The notes under the pieces were generated by a model. That model ran no database searches. It saw only the letters and a list, made by a program, of their open reading frames with translations, and was not told the DNA's origin. The position numbers and the translations under genes are program-made. Below are positions 50,854 through 63,261 of a DNA stretch of 64,000 nucleotides, piece by piece. The DNA is taken from contig CAVSHJ010000022.1 of the NCBI GenBank assembly GCA_963727725.1, positions 2,008 through 66,007 on the forward strand. The letters run 5' to 3'. The stretch comes from Thermodesulfovibrionales bacterium (GTDB taxonomy: Bacteria > Nitrospirota > Thermodesulfovibrionia > Thermodesulfovibrionales > SM23-35). Each line of letters starts with the position of its first letter. Within the stretch, counting starts at the first letter, position 1.

Positions 50854-53136
50854 CTATCTTCTTGCCGGGGTTCCTGTCGTCTTCCCCGGGTTCTTCATCT
50901 GATAAGCTCTGGCAAGATTATCCCGAAAAGTTGGATTTTTGGGATCCAATGCCGCCGCAACCTTAAGTTGTTCGATAGCCTTGTCTGTTAAGCCTTTTTC
51001 AGCATAGGCGATACCCAGGTTTTCGCGGGCTTCTGCATGCCGGGGATTTGACTTTATCACGGTCCGATATTCTTCTATCGCTTTATCCTTGAGACCTTTG
51101 CGCCAGAACGCGACACCCAAATTGTAATGTGCAACAATGAAGTCCGGTTTCAATCTTAGAGCTAATTGATAGTGTTCAATCGCCTGGTCCAGACTCCCGT
51201 TTTTGAAAAAGGTGTTTCCCAGCCGGTAATGAAGGTCCGCGCTATCCATGTTCCGGTTTACTTCACTCCGGTATTGTTTTTTCGCACCGTCAGACCGGCG
51301 TTGAGACCCATATGCGTTGTCCAGATTATTGTGTGCCTCAGCATAATCGGGTTTGAGATCTAACGCCGTCCGGTATTGCTCTATTGCCTTGTCGTGCAGA
51401 CCCTGAGACAGATATGCGTTGCCCAGATTATTGTGCGCCTCGGCGTAAGCAGGCTTAAGGTCTAATGCGATCCGGTATTGCTCTATTGCCTTGTCTGACA
51501 GGCCCTGAGACAGATATGCGTTACCCAGATTATTATGTGCCTCGACATAATCCGGCTTGAGGTCTAACGCGATCCGGTACTGTTCCATTGCCTTATCGTG
51601 CAGACCTTTAGACCAATATGCATTCCCCATATCATTATATGCCTTCGCGTAATTTGGCTTCAGATTTAACGCGATCTGGTATTGTTGTATTGCCTCATCA
51701 GACATGCCCTTCGACTTGTACGCAAGGCCCAGATCAAGATGTGCTCTGGCGTTATCAGGACTCTTCTCCACCACGTCTTCCCATAGGAGCGTTCCTTCTT
51801 TCCAGACACCGTTCCTCACCAAAGTCAGGACAAATAAAAGGAGCGCGACGACGGCGAAGATTACCTCTTTCTTTATCCTGACACCCGGCCTGTCCGTATA
51901 TATAAGCAGGGAAGACAGAGCGAGAAAAAGCCCGTAACCCGGCAGATAGTTTCTGTGTTCAAAATACGGGTCCAGTCCGACAGCTATAAAGCTCTCGAGA
52001 GAAATGGTTATCAGATACCATATTATCCCAAAAGAAATGAGCGGCAATTTCTTGATATACCGCAGTGAAAAGAAGACCATCGAGGCGATAAAAAAAAGAG
52101 AAAACAGTGTTGTGATCGGATGAAACAGATCCCTTGATACGGGATAGGCACTGGAATAGTCAAATACCATATATGAAGGAAGGGGAACGAAGACAAGAAA
52201 TATGTACCGGGAGATCACTCTCAGCTCTGTCAGGATATACTCGACCGGCGTCCAGCGGATATCAATGCCCGTCCATCCGTAACTTCCCATGGGCTTATGA
52301 GGGCTTGAGAAGAGCGTAATAATCTTTACAATAAACCCGCCTGCATGGAAATAGTAAGCCACAGCCGTACCCAGGATTATCCCAATGCCGGCGATAGGTA
52401 TGAATCTTTTCCTGAATTCACTCCATCGGAACGAAGATATAAAGACAAAGTCATAAACCATCAGCGCAGGCAGAACCATCACCGCATTTTCCTTCGAAAA
52501 TATGGCCAGGATAAAAAACAGAGCAGAACCGGCATAATACAAAATAGACTTCTTACCCGGATTCACGGCACCCCTTCACGTACGAGATTATTCCTGCAAA
52601 GGAAAACATACCGGCCATTATGGCCATCCTTTGAGTGATATAATTCACCGCGAAGTTTGTATGGGGTGGAGCAAGAAAAGCGTTGCCGCAAAGAGTGCGA
52701 TATAAAAGGCTGTTCTGCTGTGCTCCGGCTTTCCGTATTTGTCTCTCATGGACGGAAGGTTCAATGTCATATAGGTAAGATAAAAGACGAGGAGACCCGA
52801 GAAAATATGAAAGAGTATGTTCGTTATCCTGAATGCAGCAAGGTTCATGCCTGACAGGTAATAGTTCAGCGCAAAAGAGAGTTTGGCAATAGAGCGCGCG
52901 GACAAAGACAGGGAACCTGCAATATCCTTCAGCTTCGAAGAAGTTATATAGGTGGGGTCGTCCAAAACCAAAGGTCCATGGAGAGATCGAGCATATGCGA
53001 AAAATGTGAGGAGCACCACTGAGAAGAGGAGACCGGCGGGCAAATAATTCGTCTTGCCTCTTTTCCCCGTCGGTTCTTCCTCTTGCTTTGGAGGAGTGGG
53101 TTTCTTACCTGTTTTAAGGGAGCTCTTCCTGCTCAT
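50854..53136 (-). CDS. TMTC-like multipass membrane protein with C-terminal TPRs, frameshifted near 52570-52650
   Basis: LVLDD, LHPIQT, SKENA, FEHRNYLP, then TPRs; ORFs 52645..53136 and 50854..52566. Confidence 0.8.
51310..51710 (-). repeat. About four tandem 102-bp TPR-coding repeats
   Basis: Repeated ATATGCGTT(G/A)CCCAGATTATT...CGGTATTGCTCTATTGCCTTGTC units encoding AEAHNNLGNAY.SQGL.DKAIEQYR.ALDLKP. Confidence 0.85.
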
Positions 53137-53160
53137 AACCGCTTTCGGTCTTCAGTCTCT

Positions 53161-54276
53161 TCATAGTCTATTCACAGCGTATTTTAATACCCCTTCGAAT
53201 TGAACCGCAATATCGTCCCACAGGAATTGAGCGGCAAATTCCCGGCCCTTTTTTCCCAAGGCGTCCCTTTTCCCGGCGTCTGCAAGTAATAGCCTCATCT
53301 TTTCTGACAGCGCATCTGCCGAACCGGAGAGGAAACTGAGACCGAATCCCTCCTTCGAGACAAAAGCAAGTTCGGGGATATCGCTTGCGATGACCGGTTT
53401 TCCGCACGCGGCAGCCTCAAGAATACTTATCGGCGAAGATTCATGACGGGACGGCAGGACTAATATTCGGGCCCCTGAGAGAAGCCTCACTTTTTCAATG
53501 CCTGTCACAAAACCTGCATAGTCGATTCTCTCCCTGAGGAAAGACGGACTCCCCGATATGAGCTTACGGAAGCTGTCAAATTCATACCCCGCAAGGATTA
53601 ACCGCAGATTCGGATATTCGGGACTTATCCTCTCAAACGCGTTTATCAGGAGGTCGAGCCCCTTTGTATAAATGTCTATCCGGCTGAGAAAAAGGATATA
53701 ATCCATGTCTTCAGAGCGGGATTCAAGAAGTTCCCTGTTTATGCCGTTAGGAATGACATGACACATTCTTGCCTCTTTTCTGCGACGGACCATCACCTTA
53801 TCCCGTGTTATGTCAGAGACAAAAATAAAAGCGTCATAAAGGTTGGGATAGAATCCTTCAACAAGATAAATAGGGACGTAATAGAAGGGGGTGAACTTTC
53901 TGAACGAATGTTTTTCCATTATGCCCTGAACCTGAAGTACTACAGGTGTCCTGGTAAAATACTTCGCAAAAAAAGGTGTTGTAGGCAGAAAGTTTTCAAC
54001 TATGATGTCAAAATCGTTGCCGTGTCGTCTCACGAAGTCCGTTGCACGGACTATATATGCCAGGACGCTCTTTGTAAGATTCCTGTTTTCGGCTCCTACA
54101 AAGATATGTTTCAGACCCTCAATCTCGCGGTTTTCAGCAAGCGGATATTTCATGCAGAGAAGCGTGATATCATGAGTGTCCTTTAATCTCCTGTAAATCT
54201 CATAGGCCCTTACACCGGCCCCGCCGAATCCAAAGGGGCTACCGAAGCTTTCATAAATGAGTTGAAGAATCTTCAT
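53161..54276 (-). CDS. GT4-family glycosyltransferase
   Basis: IPNGIN, SRIDIYTKG, PSRHESSPISILEA. Confidence 0.9.
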   Translation of the reverse strand: MKILQLIYESFGSPFGFGGAGVRAYEIYRRLKDTHDITLLCMKYPLAENREIEGLKHIFVGAENRNLTKSVLAYIVRATDFVRRHGNDFDIIVENFLPTTPFFAKYFTRTPVVLQVQGIMEKHSFRKFTPFYYVPIYLVEGFYPNLYDAFIFVSDITRDKVMVRRRKEARMCHVIPNGINRELLESRSEDMDYILFLSRIDIYTKGLDLLINAFERISPEYPNLRLILAGYEFDSFRKLISGSPSFLRERIDYAGFVTGIEKVRLLSGARILVLPSRHESSPISILEAAACGKPVIASDIPELAFVSKEGFGLSFLSGSADALSEKMRLLLADAGKRDALGKKGREFAAQFLWDDIAVQFEGVLKYAVNRL

Positions 54277-54289
54277 TGTCTGAGTTCCA

Positions 54290-55406
54290 TCATTTCATCT
54301 CCCGTCCCAGCACCTGAAGGAGAAAAAGCTCAAACCTGAGCGCTATTTTGTCCCATGTGTAGTCCTTTACCCACTCTCTTCCCCTTTGCCCCATAACTTC
54401 CCGCTTGTCACTGAGTGTCAAATCCGTCAGAGACCGGGCAAGAGACAGAGCGTCTCCCGTCCGGAAGGATATACCCGCCCCGCGTTCTGTTACAAAATCA
54501 AATTCCGGGATGTCGCTCACAATGACCGGCTTTCCGGATGCCAGGGCTTCGAGCGCCACTATAGACTGACACTCATGCCTTGAGGGAATGACGACAAATA
54601 AAGCCTTACTTAACAGGTCCTTTTTTTTGTCTCCAGAAATCCAGCCCGGCATCTCAATATTGTTTCTCATATCCCTCAGGAAATTTTGCGGAGGTTAGCT
54701 TTGAACCTCTCCCTGTCCCTCCCATTCCCTGCGATAACCAATTTTATCTCCGGAAATGATGCAAAAAATCTCTTGTATGCGTCTATGAGTATGTCGAGGC
54801 CCTTTCCGTAAATATCAATCCTGCCGAGATAGAGGATATATTTCTCCTCACGAGGAGGTATATCGAGCAATTCGGGTGATATGCCGTTTGAAATGACTGC
54901 AATACGCTTTCCCTCTCTCAATGAAAAATTCTTGATCGTTTCGGAGTTTACGAAGATAAAATTATCATAAAACCGTGGTCTCAGTAGCTCCATGACAGAA
55001 AGTATCAGGGCATAAAGAGGATTATATTTTCTGAAATAGAACTTTCCCGTATACCCCTGTACCTGCAGAATTACCGGTTTCTTTGTGAAAGCATGAAGAA
55101 AAGTCGGAATTGCAGGAGAAAAATCCTCAACTATAATATCATATTCGTCACCATGTCTTTTAACAAATCGTGAAGCATGATAAGCATATGACAACAGGGT
55201 TTTCGTAAGGCTCTCGCTCTCGGCGCCCTCAAAGATGTGTCTCAGTCCCTCAATCTTTCCGTCATTAGCGCCCGGATACTTTTTGCATAAAAGAGTTATA
55301 TCATGGCGTTCTTTTATTCTTTATAAATTTGGTATGCACGAATCCCAACCCCTCCGATACCAAAGAGATCACCCTTACTCTCATAAAGGAGGTGAAGTAT
55401 CTTCAT
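54290..55406 (-). CDS. GT4-family glycosyltransferase, paralog of 53161..54276, several frameshifts
   Basis: [10 protein letters not shown] start at 55406; fragments 54676..55194 (GRIDIYGKG) and 54290..54670 (PSRHECQSIVALEA). Confidence 0.8.
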
Positions 55407-56506
55407 CGCTTTTCATGTACAGCGCGTTCGCACGACTTAAGAATATTCTCTGCTGTCCTCGCCCATGAAAATTTCTTCACCCGGCTGAATCCCTTGTCAA
55501 CAAGCGCTTTCCGAAACGTTTGATCATTGATGACCGCTATGATTAACCTGCTCAGTTCATTGCGGTCCCGGGGATCAAAGAAAATCCCGGCGTCTCCCAC
55601 CACTTCAGGCAATGAACCGCCATTGGAGGAAATGACAGGTGTGCCACATGCCATTGCCTCTAATGGCGTGATGCCAAATCCTTCGCTCAGTGAGGGATGC
55701 ACAAATATGTCGGCATAGGCATAAAAGAGGGGAAGGTCTGCAGCAGGCACATAATCCGTATAGATAATCCTTTTATCGGCGACAGGGGGCTCCGCCGCGA
55801 ACTCTTTGCTACCCACGATCACAAGAGAATGGGGTATCTGGTTCTTTATCTGCGAGAACGCCTCCACGAGGGTCTTCAAATTCTTGTAGGGGAAGAGGCT
55901 GCCGACAAACAGGATGTAATTCTCCGGGAGTGAATACTTTCTCACGAATTCACTCTTCTTCTCTATCGACATGGGCCTGAACACCTTATCATTACACGCA
56001 AGGGGGACGACATCAATAATACCTTCCCTGATATTTGTAGACCTGAGCAGTTCCCCCTTAACGAATTCAGAAGGAACTATTACCCTTTTTGCAGTTCGAC
56101 CTACCAGCTGCAAGCTAAATTTCATGCGGGGCGCCGCCAGCCCGAATTCCGAGGGGAAATAAATAAAATGCAGATCATGTATATGAACTACAAGGGGTAA
56201 GAGAGGCACGAAGGGGAACTCCATAATAGGGCAGTAAAGGACATCCACTCGTTTAAGCCTGCAAAGCAAGGGGAGCATGGTATTGAGATGAAGAAACCGG
56301 TAAAGGTTGTTCGAAAATTTCCGGGAACCTTTCATACCATCAGGTACTTTCACGACGCAGTCCGATGGTATGTCATTGAGCACAACGGAAGAGAATAGAA
56401 TCATCTCTTTATGTGTCCGGGAAAAAACCTTTGCGATTTCCTTTGTAAAGGTTGCCGCCCCCGTCGGCTTTTCATTGAAGCAGGTGGCATTGATAGCTAT
56501 CTTCAT
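55403..56506 (-). CDS. GT4-family glycosyltransferase
   Basis: [28 protein letters not shown]. Confidence 0.9.
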   Translation of the reverse strand: MKIAINATCFNEKPTGAATFTKEIAKVFSRTHKEMILFSSVVLNDIPSDCVVKVPDGMKGSRKFSNNLYRFLHLNTMLPLLCRLKRVDVLYCPIMEFPFVPLLPLVVHIHDLHFIYFPSEFGLAAPRMKFSLQLVGRTAKRVIVPSEFVKGELLRSTNIREGIIDVVPLACNDKVFRPMSIEKKSEFVRKYSLPENYILFVGSLFPYKNLKTLVEAFSQIKNQIPHSLVIVGSKEFAAEPPVADKRIIYTDYVPAADLPLFYAYADIFVHPSLSEGFGITPLEAMACGTPVISSNGGSLPEVVGDAGIFFDPRDRNELSRLIIAVINDQTFRKALVDKGFSRVKKFSWARTAENILKSCERAVHEKR

Positions 56507-57633
56507 CTATCCAGCGCCTTTGCATATGACTGAATGGTCATTGCTGCCGCCTTCTCCCAGGAGTATTGACTTGCTTTCTTGAGGCCCTTCTCCACCAGTT
56601 CCGATCTCAGCGTTTCCGAAGACAAAACCCTGTTCATTTTATCTGCGAGTTCTTCGTGGTCTTTTGGATTAAAGCTCATTACTGCGTCTCCTGACACCTC
56701 GATGAGTGGCGGTATGTTCGAAACAATAACCGGCACACGGCATACCATCGCTTCAAGCGGCGGCAGACCAAACCCTTCGTAGAGCGAGGGATAGACAAAT
56801 ACCGATGCATGATTGTACAAATAGTGAAGTGTCTTCTCATCAACATAGTGTGTAAAGATCACGTCCGCTTTTATGCCTAATTCCTCCGGATACGAAATTA
56901 CATCATCGTAGAGCCAGCCGAGCCTCCCGGCAATGATCAGTGAAAGGTCATAATTTCTTCTAATATCCCTGAACGCTCTTATCAGTGTCTTCAGGTTCTT
57001 TCTGGGCTCTACTGTCCCGACATATAATACATAATCCTTTTCGGTGAATCTTCGTACACATTCAGAACTCTGCAAAGACTCATCCGGCCTGTAATAAAGA
57101 GAGGCCGGCGCCAACGGAATAATATCTATCTTCTCTTCCGGTATCTTCAGGAAATGCATTGCCTCATTTTTTATAAACTCCGTATTTACCATTACCCTCT
57201 CAGCTTTCAGAACATTCTCAGTTACATTTGCTTTCATGAGATTCCTGAAATTTTCCAATATAGAGTCAGGACAACTTACGAATGAAAGATCATAAAGGTT
57301 ACAGACGCGGGTAATACGCATTTCAGGCAAAAGATCGAAACTCGTCTCGTGGTATATATCAAAGACAGCCTTGCTCTCTTCCCGGCGAGAAAGATAGCTG
57401 ATGAAAGAATCTCCGATTTTGCTCACAAAGGAAGGATACCGCTTTCCCACAAAGCTTCTCAGACGGGATGAGACTTCACTCAGGGAGTTTACCACAGTCT
57501 GGGATCTACTATCGATTGTGGGAACGACATCTATTCCGGCCTTCTTAAGTGCTTTGTAAAGGTTAAGAATATGGTAACCGACGCCTGTCTTATTGGCTAA
57601 GAGGGAGGGTTTTGTATTAAGAAGGACGCGCAT
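56503..57633 (-). CDS. GT4-family glycosyltransferase
   Basis: GTVEPRKNL, PSLYEGFGLPPLEAM. Confidence 0.9.
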   Translation of the reverse strand: MRVLLNTKPSLLANKTGVGYHILNLYKALKKAGIDVVPTIDSRSQTVVNSLSEVSSRLRSFVGKRYPSFVSKIGDSFISYLSRREESKAVFDIYHETSFDLLPEMRITRVCNLYDLSFVSCPDSILENFRNLMKANVTENVLKAERVMVNTEFIKNEAMHFLKIPEEKIDIIPLAPASLYYRPDESLQSSECVRRFTEKDYVLYVGTVEPRKNLKTLIRAFRDIRRNYDLSLIIAGRLGWLYDDVISYPEELGIKADVIFTHYVDEKTLHYLYNHASVFVYPSLYEGFGLPPLEAMVCRVPVIVSNIPPLIEVSGDAVMSFNPKDHEELADKMNRVLSSETLRSELVEKGLKKASQYSWEKAAAMTIQSYAKALDR

Positions 57634-57676
57634 GGCTAAGGCGAATCGTCTGGCCCCACATCGAAGTCATCATATC

Positions 57677-58699
57677 TCACGATGATTCCCTCACTCTCTT
57701 CATGTCCCGATCGACCATAATACTTATCATCTCCTCAAATTTTGTAAGCGGCTGCCAGCCAAGCCTCTCCTTTGCCTTTGAATAATCTCCTACAAGAATA
57801 TCCACATCAGCAGGCCTCATAAATTCGGTAGAAACTTCGACGAGGATCTTGCCGCTCTGCCTGTCTCTTCCCTTTTCTTCGATGCCCTTTCCCTCCCACA
57901 GTGTATCGAATCCCGCATGCCGAAAGGCAATTTCGATAAACTCTCTCACTGAGTGTGTTTCACCTGTTGCAATCACGTAATCATCGGGGCTGCGCTGTTG
58001 GAGCATACGCCATATGGCTTCCACATATTCGGGGGCATACCCCCGGTCCCTCTTCGCGGCGAGGTTGCCCACTACGATCTTATCCTGCAGACCATATTTT
58101 ATCCTCGCGATGCCGTTGGTTAATTTACGCGCGATGAACTCAGGGCTTCTTAAAGGGGATTCATGATTAAAGAGGATTCCCGAACAGGCAAACATGTTAT
58201 AAGATTCCCTGCTGTTCACGGTAATCCAGTGTCCGAATAATTTGGAAACAGCATAGGGACTTCTCGGAGAAAAGGATGTTTTTTCATTTTGTGGCGTTGT
58301 GCGAACTTCACCAAACATTTCAGAGCTGGATGCCTGATAAAACTTGGTGTCCGGCTTTACGGCTTTTATCGCCTCGAGGAGTCTCAAAACTCCCATGGCA
58401 TTAGTGTCTGATGTCAGAAGAGGCTGCTCAAAGGAAAACTGAACAGAACTTTGGGCTGCGAGGTTGTAGACCTCATCCGGCTTTATCCTCTCGATTCCAC
58501 GCATGATATTGGTCACTTCAAGGAGATCCATATAGCAGACCCTGACATCTCTTTCAATCCCCAATTCCTTCAATCGCCACGAGTTTGATTGCCCGCTCCT
58601 TCTGTCCCCGCCGTACACCTCGTATCCTTTCTCTAAGAGAAGCTTGGCTAAATATGCCCCGTCTTGTCCTCTAATGCCTGTAACAAGCGCTTTTTTCAC
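57677..58699 (-). CDS. gmd: GDP-mannose 4,6-dehydratase
   Basis: TGIRGQDGAYL, YQASSSE, PRSPYAVSK, ILFNHESP. Confidence 0.95.
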   Translation of the reverse strand: MKKALVTGIRGQDGAYLAKLLLEKGYEVYGGDRRSGQSNSWRLKELGIERDVRVCYMDLLEVTNIMRGIERIKPDEVYNLAAQSSVQFSFEQPLLTSDTNAMGVLRLLEAIKAVKPDTKFYQASSSEMFGEVRTTPQNEKTSFSPRSPYAVSKLFGHWITVNSRESYNMFACSGILFNHESPLRSPEFIARKLTNGIARIKYGLQDKIVVGNLAAKRDRGYAPEYVEAIWRMLQQRSPDDYVIATGETHSVREFIEIAFRHAGFDTLWEGKGIEEKGRDRQSGKILVEVSTEFMRPADVDILVGDYSKAKERLGWQPLTKFEEMISIMVDRDMKRVRESS

Positions 58700-58916
58700 A
58701 ATCTCTCCGTGCGTTAATATCTAACATCGTATCCACATTTCATTTCACATCAGTTGGCTTAATTCAGAAATACTTTAGCAGACACAGCAGAAAATTTCTG
58801 TACCCGAATTTCAACGACTGAAATGCTTTATTCTTAAAAGAGTTGTCTTTTCAATTTTGTTATGCTATTTTTTCTTCAAGAAACGATGATATGTATGATT
58901 GTCGCTCGGTCGGTAA

Positions 58917-59699
58917 TTGACCAAAGGCTCAATAGAGATGCAGACACATTTCTCTAAAGAACAGTTTGATTCCAACTATCCGGACGGAATAGAAAACCAT
59001 TTCTGGATCTCGGCACGAAACAGGATAATTGCACAAGAGATCCGGAAGATCGCAAAGCTTGATTCTGTTGTCCTGGATGTAGGTTGCGGACGCGGAGTGG
59101 CGGTAAAGTATCTGAGGAATGACGGAATAGATTGCGTCGGAGTTGAGCCTGCAAAAGTGCGACCACTTGCCGGTGTCGGCGAACACATTCACTTCGGAAA
59201 GAACGCGACGGAACTGTCAGGTGCCGAAAGGGCCCGTTATGACATTATTCTCCTGCTTGATGTCATTGAACATATTCGTGAGCCAATTCCTCTCTTAAGA
59301 GACTTGATGAAATCATTTCCCAATTTGGCATATGTGATCGTTACTGTTCCCGCTCATCTGGAATTATGGTCGAACTATGATGAATTTTACGGTCATTACA
59401 GGCGCTATACGATTGAAATGATCGAAAGCCTTTGCAAGCAGCTCGGCGTGGAACTTGCTTGGAAAGGCTACTTCTTCCGTTCTTTATATCTCCCGATGAG
59501 AATGTTAACTAGAATCGGAATCCGAAGATCTATCAGGGTTAGACCACCCCATGGGATAATCAAGTGGATGCATAAATTATTTTCCCTCATTTTAGTCTGC
59601 GAGCATCATGTATTTCCAAGAAGCGTACCCGGAGCTTCGATTATCGCTTGCTTGTCCTCGGGTAAATGCAGTTCTCGGCAAGCTGGGGTAGGCGCCTGA
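58917..59699 (+). CDS. Class I SAM-dependent methyltransferase
   Basis: VLDVGCGRG, LLDVIEH, VTVPA..LWS.YD...GHYRRY. Confidence 0.85.
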   Translation: MTKGSIEMQTHFSKEQFDSNYPDGIENHFWISARNRIIAQEIRKIAKLDSVVLDVGCGRGVAVKYLRNDGIDCVGVEPAKVRPLAGVGEHIHFGKNATELSGAERARYDIILLLDVIEHIREPIPLLRDLMKSFPNLAYVIVTVPAHLELWSNYDEFYGHYRRYTIEMIESLCKQLGVELAWKGYFFRSLYLPMRMLTRIGIRRSIRVRPPHGIIKWMHKLFSLILVCEHHVFPRSVPGASIIACLSSGKCSSRQAGVGA

Positions 59700-59774
59700 T
59701 CGCTGCTCCTCGTTCCTCACCATGAAATGCAAAAATACCGTCGTCGACCCCTGCATGTCACCATATTGCCCATA

Positions 59775-60722
59775 TCATCTTTTCTGTATAACAAAAGTGT
59801 TTGACCTTTCGCCATTTCTCAAACCGGTACACCCATCTTCAAGAATTTCAACTAACTTGCACTGTTCTTTGCTAACAATGTCAAATATCTCATTCTGTGG
59901 AAATACGTGCATTTCGATCTCGCCTCTTGCAGCTTCACCGGTCAGATACTCCTTCAAGGAGAATTTGTATTCCAAGCGATATGTGGGCACTTGAAAATAA
60001 GCGATACCACCAGAATTCAAAGCCCTAATCAACTCTTGAATGATTAGACCAATGATTGGTGGAGGATTATGCTGAAGAACGATTATCGAATACACCACAT
60101 CCACTTTACGGAAGTCCCCGATCTCATGAAGTTTGCTGATATGGCGCAATGACACATTCCGGATACCTGCTTCGTCCAAGGTACTGCTTGGCAAGCCGCA
60201 AGTGTGACCTCGATATGTCGTAGCCTATTACGCTGTTTCAAATCGCTTCGCCAACCAACGGGTTACACGGCCAAGTCCACATCCGTACTCCAAACATGTC
60301 TTAAAAGAGGTATGATCTATGTCGTTTCTCTCTAATGTTTTGAAGAGTGTTGCAACATCACTAAGGCCTGAACCATAAAATTCATCCCGAGTGTCCTTTG
60401 AAATGCAGAGGATCTAAATCGATCCAAAGTTCATACCGACCAATAGGGCTCGGTTTCGCCAAGATGTTCCCATACATTCTGAATGTGAAAAAACAATTGT
60501 TGTAAATCAGAATCTCTCTCGATGAACATCGGTGGCTCGTGTCCCCATAGAGGATAAAGAACGGAAGCCCGCATTCTTTTGCTTGAACTCGTCCGAACTT
60601 ACGAATTCCTGTCGGATATCCTGATGCTCGTACGTCTTTCTAACTTGTCAGCAACCACTAACTGGACTCTCTGGTTCTCTGTCTAAAAACAAACGATAGG
60701 CCCATATGATTGCCTCTGACAT
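59775..60722 (-). CDS. Class I SAM-dependent methyltransferase, several frameshifts (or pseudogene)
   Basis: Minus-strand fragments MSEAIIWAYRLFLDREPES, TCLEYGCGLGRVT (~60260-60300) and YSIIVLQHNPPP..EIEMH. Confidence 0.6.
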
Positions 60723-61127
60723 ATGATGCGGAGAACCAAAGAGTTTGCCATACAGTTTTAGGCAGATATTCTGTATTTTTCCAGGCATTTTGATCCTCTT
60801 ACGTAAAATGTGCTGCCCAACCAGTTGTTAGATGGTTTCTTTGATATCTCCGAAAATTTCGATTCTACACAATCTGCCATAGACATCACTCTCAACGTAA
60901 CTACTTGATTTATTGTACTATCATGATTGGCTAATATTACCCCGGTGGTGTTATCGAGTTTTCTGTCTAACATGCAACTTCGCCTCGGCAAGTTTTGTTA
61001 TACCCTGCCAGAGGTCTCTGGGTCAAGAGGAAAGCTGAGTGGAAAAAGCGTTGATTTCTTATTATAAGCTATGGCCTATGACAAGTTTAAGAAGAGCAAG
61101 ATTACGGGAACTGTCTTCATTCTCCGG

Positions 61128-61915
61128 TTAGGCAGGATCTCCATTTGTTCGCAGTATGCGCTTCTTCCACCGGCAAATGACGACACAGGATAATCTTCTG
61201 CCCTGCATTTTCCTGATGGCGGATTCCATGCATATCAGAACTTCCGAGTAGAGCCGTTTCATCCAAAGAGGAACTCGAAACACCATTGAGTTCCACACCA
61301 ATAGATAAGCTACGTTGCCTCCGTATTCCTCTTTCAGAAATTCGAATTGGGAAGAGAACATTTGTTTCAAATCACCCAAATCTATAGCAGCCTCATTTGC
61401 TGCAAACAACCTATCCCGCTTATACCAGAATTGCCGCGCCAAATCGGGAAGAGAGCCTTTATGTGGCTCATAGAAGCAGAAGAGCCCGCCGGGTTTCAGT
61501 ACCCTGTAAATTTCATTGATGGCCGCGGAGGAATTAGGATGGAGATGATGCAACCCCCCTACCGCTACAACTACGTCAAAAGAGTCACTTGGAAACTCGG
61601 TGGAGAGAATGGAGCCGCAATAAGCCTTACACTCCGGGAAGCGTTCTTGAAAACGGCACATTTGTTCTTGTGATATATCGATGCCTGTAACGCGTGCACC
61701 TCTTTGCCGCAGATATTCTGTTGTTTCACCACTTCCACACATGGCATCGAGGACGTCCAAGCCACGGAGGTCCACATCGCCCAGCATCGGCTCATTGATA
61801 TATTGCCGACGATAGTGGGCGATCTCCATTTGTCGCCGTAGTTTACTGAATACTCCGACGAAATGGAGTCATAGTGCAACTTCTGAAGTCTCTCTGGATC
61901 TGAGTACCCTTTCAT
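61128..61915 (-). CDS. Class I SAM-dependent methyltransferase, frameshift near 61830
   Basis: VLDAMCGSG, GIDIS, GGLHHL, RVLKPGG; N-terminus in ORF 61571..61915. Confidence 0.8.
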
Positions 61916-62286
61916 ATCTCATTTACGCGACTAACATTCATTTTTAAGCCTATTCTATATTTGCTTGATAGATTATTACCTCTCAAGTTGATTGTCAATG
62001 AATTTTGCCAAAAAACGCTTATTGCAGGCTTAAAAATCTATATGGTCATTTTTTTATTAATATATATAATTGTTCTTGACATTTTTTCGGATTCCGTGAT
62101 TTACTCAGCACAATCATTCCAATTTTAAGCTGCTGGCACACTTCCAAAATGAATTCGGCGTACATCTTATGGCGGACGACATATCCTCCGTTCCTCCCGC
62201 TCAATTTTCTAATTTGTCATGATTGTGCTAATATTTTATTGCTTTTTATAGATAGATATTCTAGCGGGTTCCGAGGCGAGATAAGG

Positions 62287-63261
62287 GTGAAACAGTCTCG
62301 ATTGAACAAACTTGTCGGCGGTTCTATCGTTGTAACGGGGGGGGCAGGCTTTATCGGTTCCCATCTCACGGAGAGGCTTTTAGGCCTTAACGCGCAGAAA
62401 GTAACAGTGATAGACAGTCTGGATTACGGAAGCATGCGAAACATTGTTTCAGATGACAGGATCGTATTTCTCAGATTCAAGATCGGCTCCGACCCGATAG
62501 AGAACCTCAAAGACCATCTGCAGAATTCCGACTGTTTATTTCACCTTGCTGCCGAGAAACACAGTCAGGCCGCTGGCGATCCCCGCCCAATGTACAAAAC
62601 GAATATTATCGGCACATCCGATCTGTTTGATCTGGCCGGCAAGTGTAACGTCAAAAAAATAGTGTTTTCCTCATCTCTTTACGTCTACGGGCGAATGGAC
62701 TTGCCTGCCATGAAAGAGACCGATACCCCGAAGCCCATTACCATTTATGGGATATCGAAGCTGTGCGGGGAACACATGCTCTCATTCTACGCAAGAAAAT
62801 ACGGCTTCGATTTCACCATCTTGCGCTATTTTTTTACTTATGGCCCGCGGCAGTTCTCGGGGTATGGATATAAGTCCGTTATTTTAAAAAATTTTCTCCG
62901 GATGCTGCATGGAGATCCCGCCATTGTCACTGGTGACGGTCAACAGTCGATGGATTACGTTTATATCGATGACCTCATAGATGCAACCATTCAAAGTATG
63001 GCATCCAATTCTTCGGGCGAAATATTCAATGTAGGTTCATCGGTAGGGATTACGATAAATGAGCTTATGGATCATATGATTCAGACATTCGGGAAATCAG
63101 TCACCATTCGTCGCGACCCGCCTGACTGGACGGTTCGCAGTCACCGTATTGCAGACATTCATAAAATTGAGGCGATGTTGTCTTGGAAACCGCATACTAC
63201 AATTAAGCAAGGACTTCAGAAGACGCTTGATTGGATGAAAAGAGAATACGTTGAAAATTGA
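62287..63261 (+). CDS. NAD-dependent epimerase/dehydratase
   Basis: VTGGAGFIGSH, FHLAA, SSS, YGISK, YGPRQ; likely GTG start at 62287. Confidence 0.9.
   Translation: MKQSRLNKLVGGSIVVTGGAGFIGSHLTERLLGLNAQKVTVIDSLDYGSMRNIVSDDRIVFLRFKIGSDPIENLKDHLQNSDCLFHLAAEKHSQAAGDPRPMYKTNIIGTSDLFDLAGKCNVKKIVFSSSLYVYGRMDLPAMKETDTPKPITIYGISKLCGEHMLSFYARKYGFDFTILRYFFTYGPRQFSGYGYKSVILKNFLRMLHGDPAIVTGDGQQSMDYVYIDDLIDATIQSMASNSSGEIFNVGSSVGITINELMDHMIQTFGKSVTIRRDPPDWTVRSHRIADIHKIEAMLSWKPHTTIKQGLQKTLDWMKREYVEN

Noticed and set aside
51310-51710. CRISPR array
   Set aside because: The repeats are in-frame 102-bp TPR units without unique spacers; no cas genes
60758-60991. 77-aa minus-strand ORF
   Set aside because: No recognisable motif or RBS, and it lies in an indel-rich region
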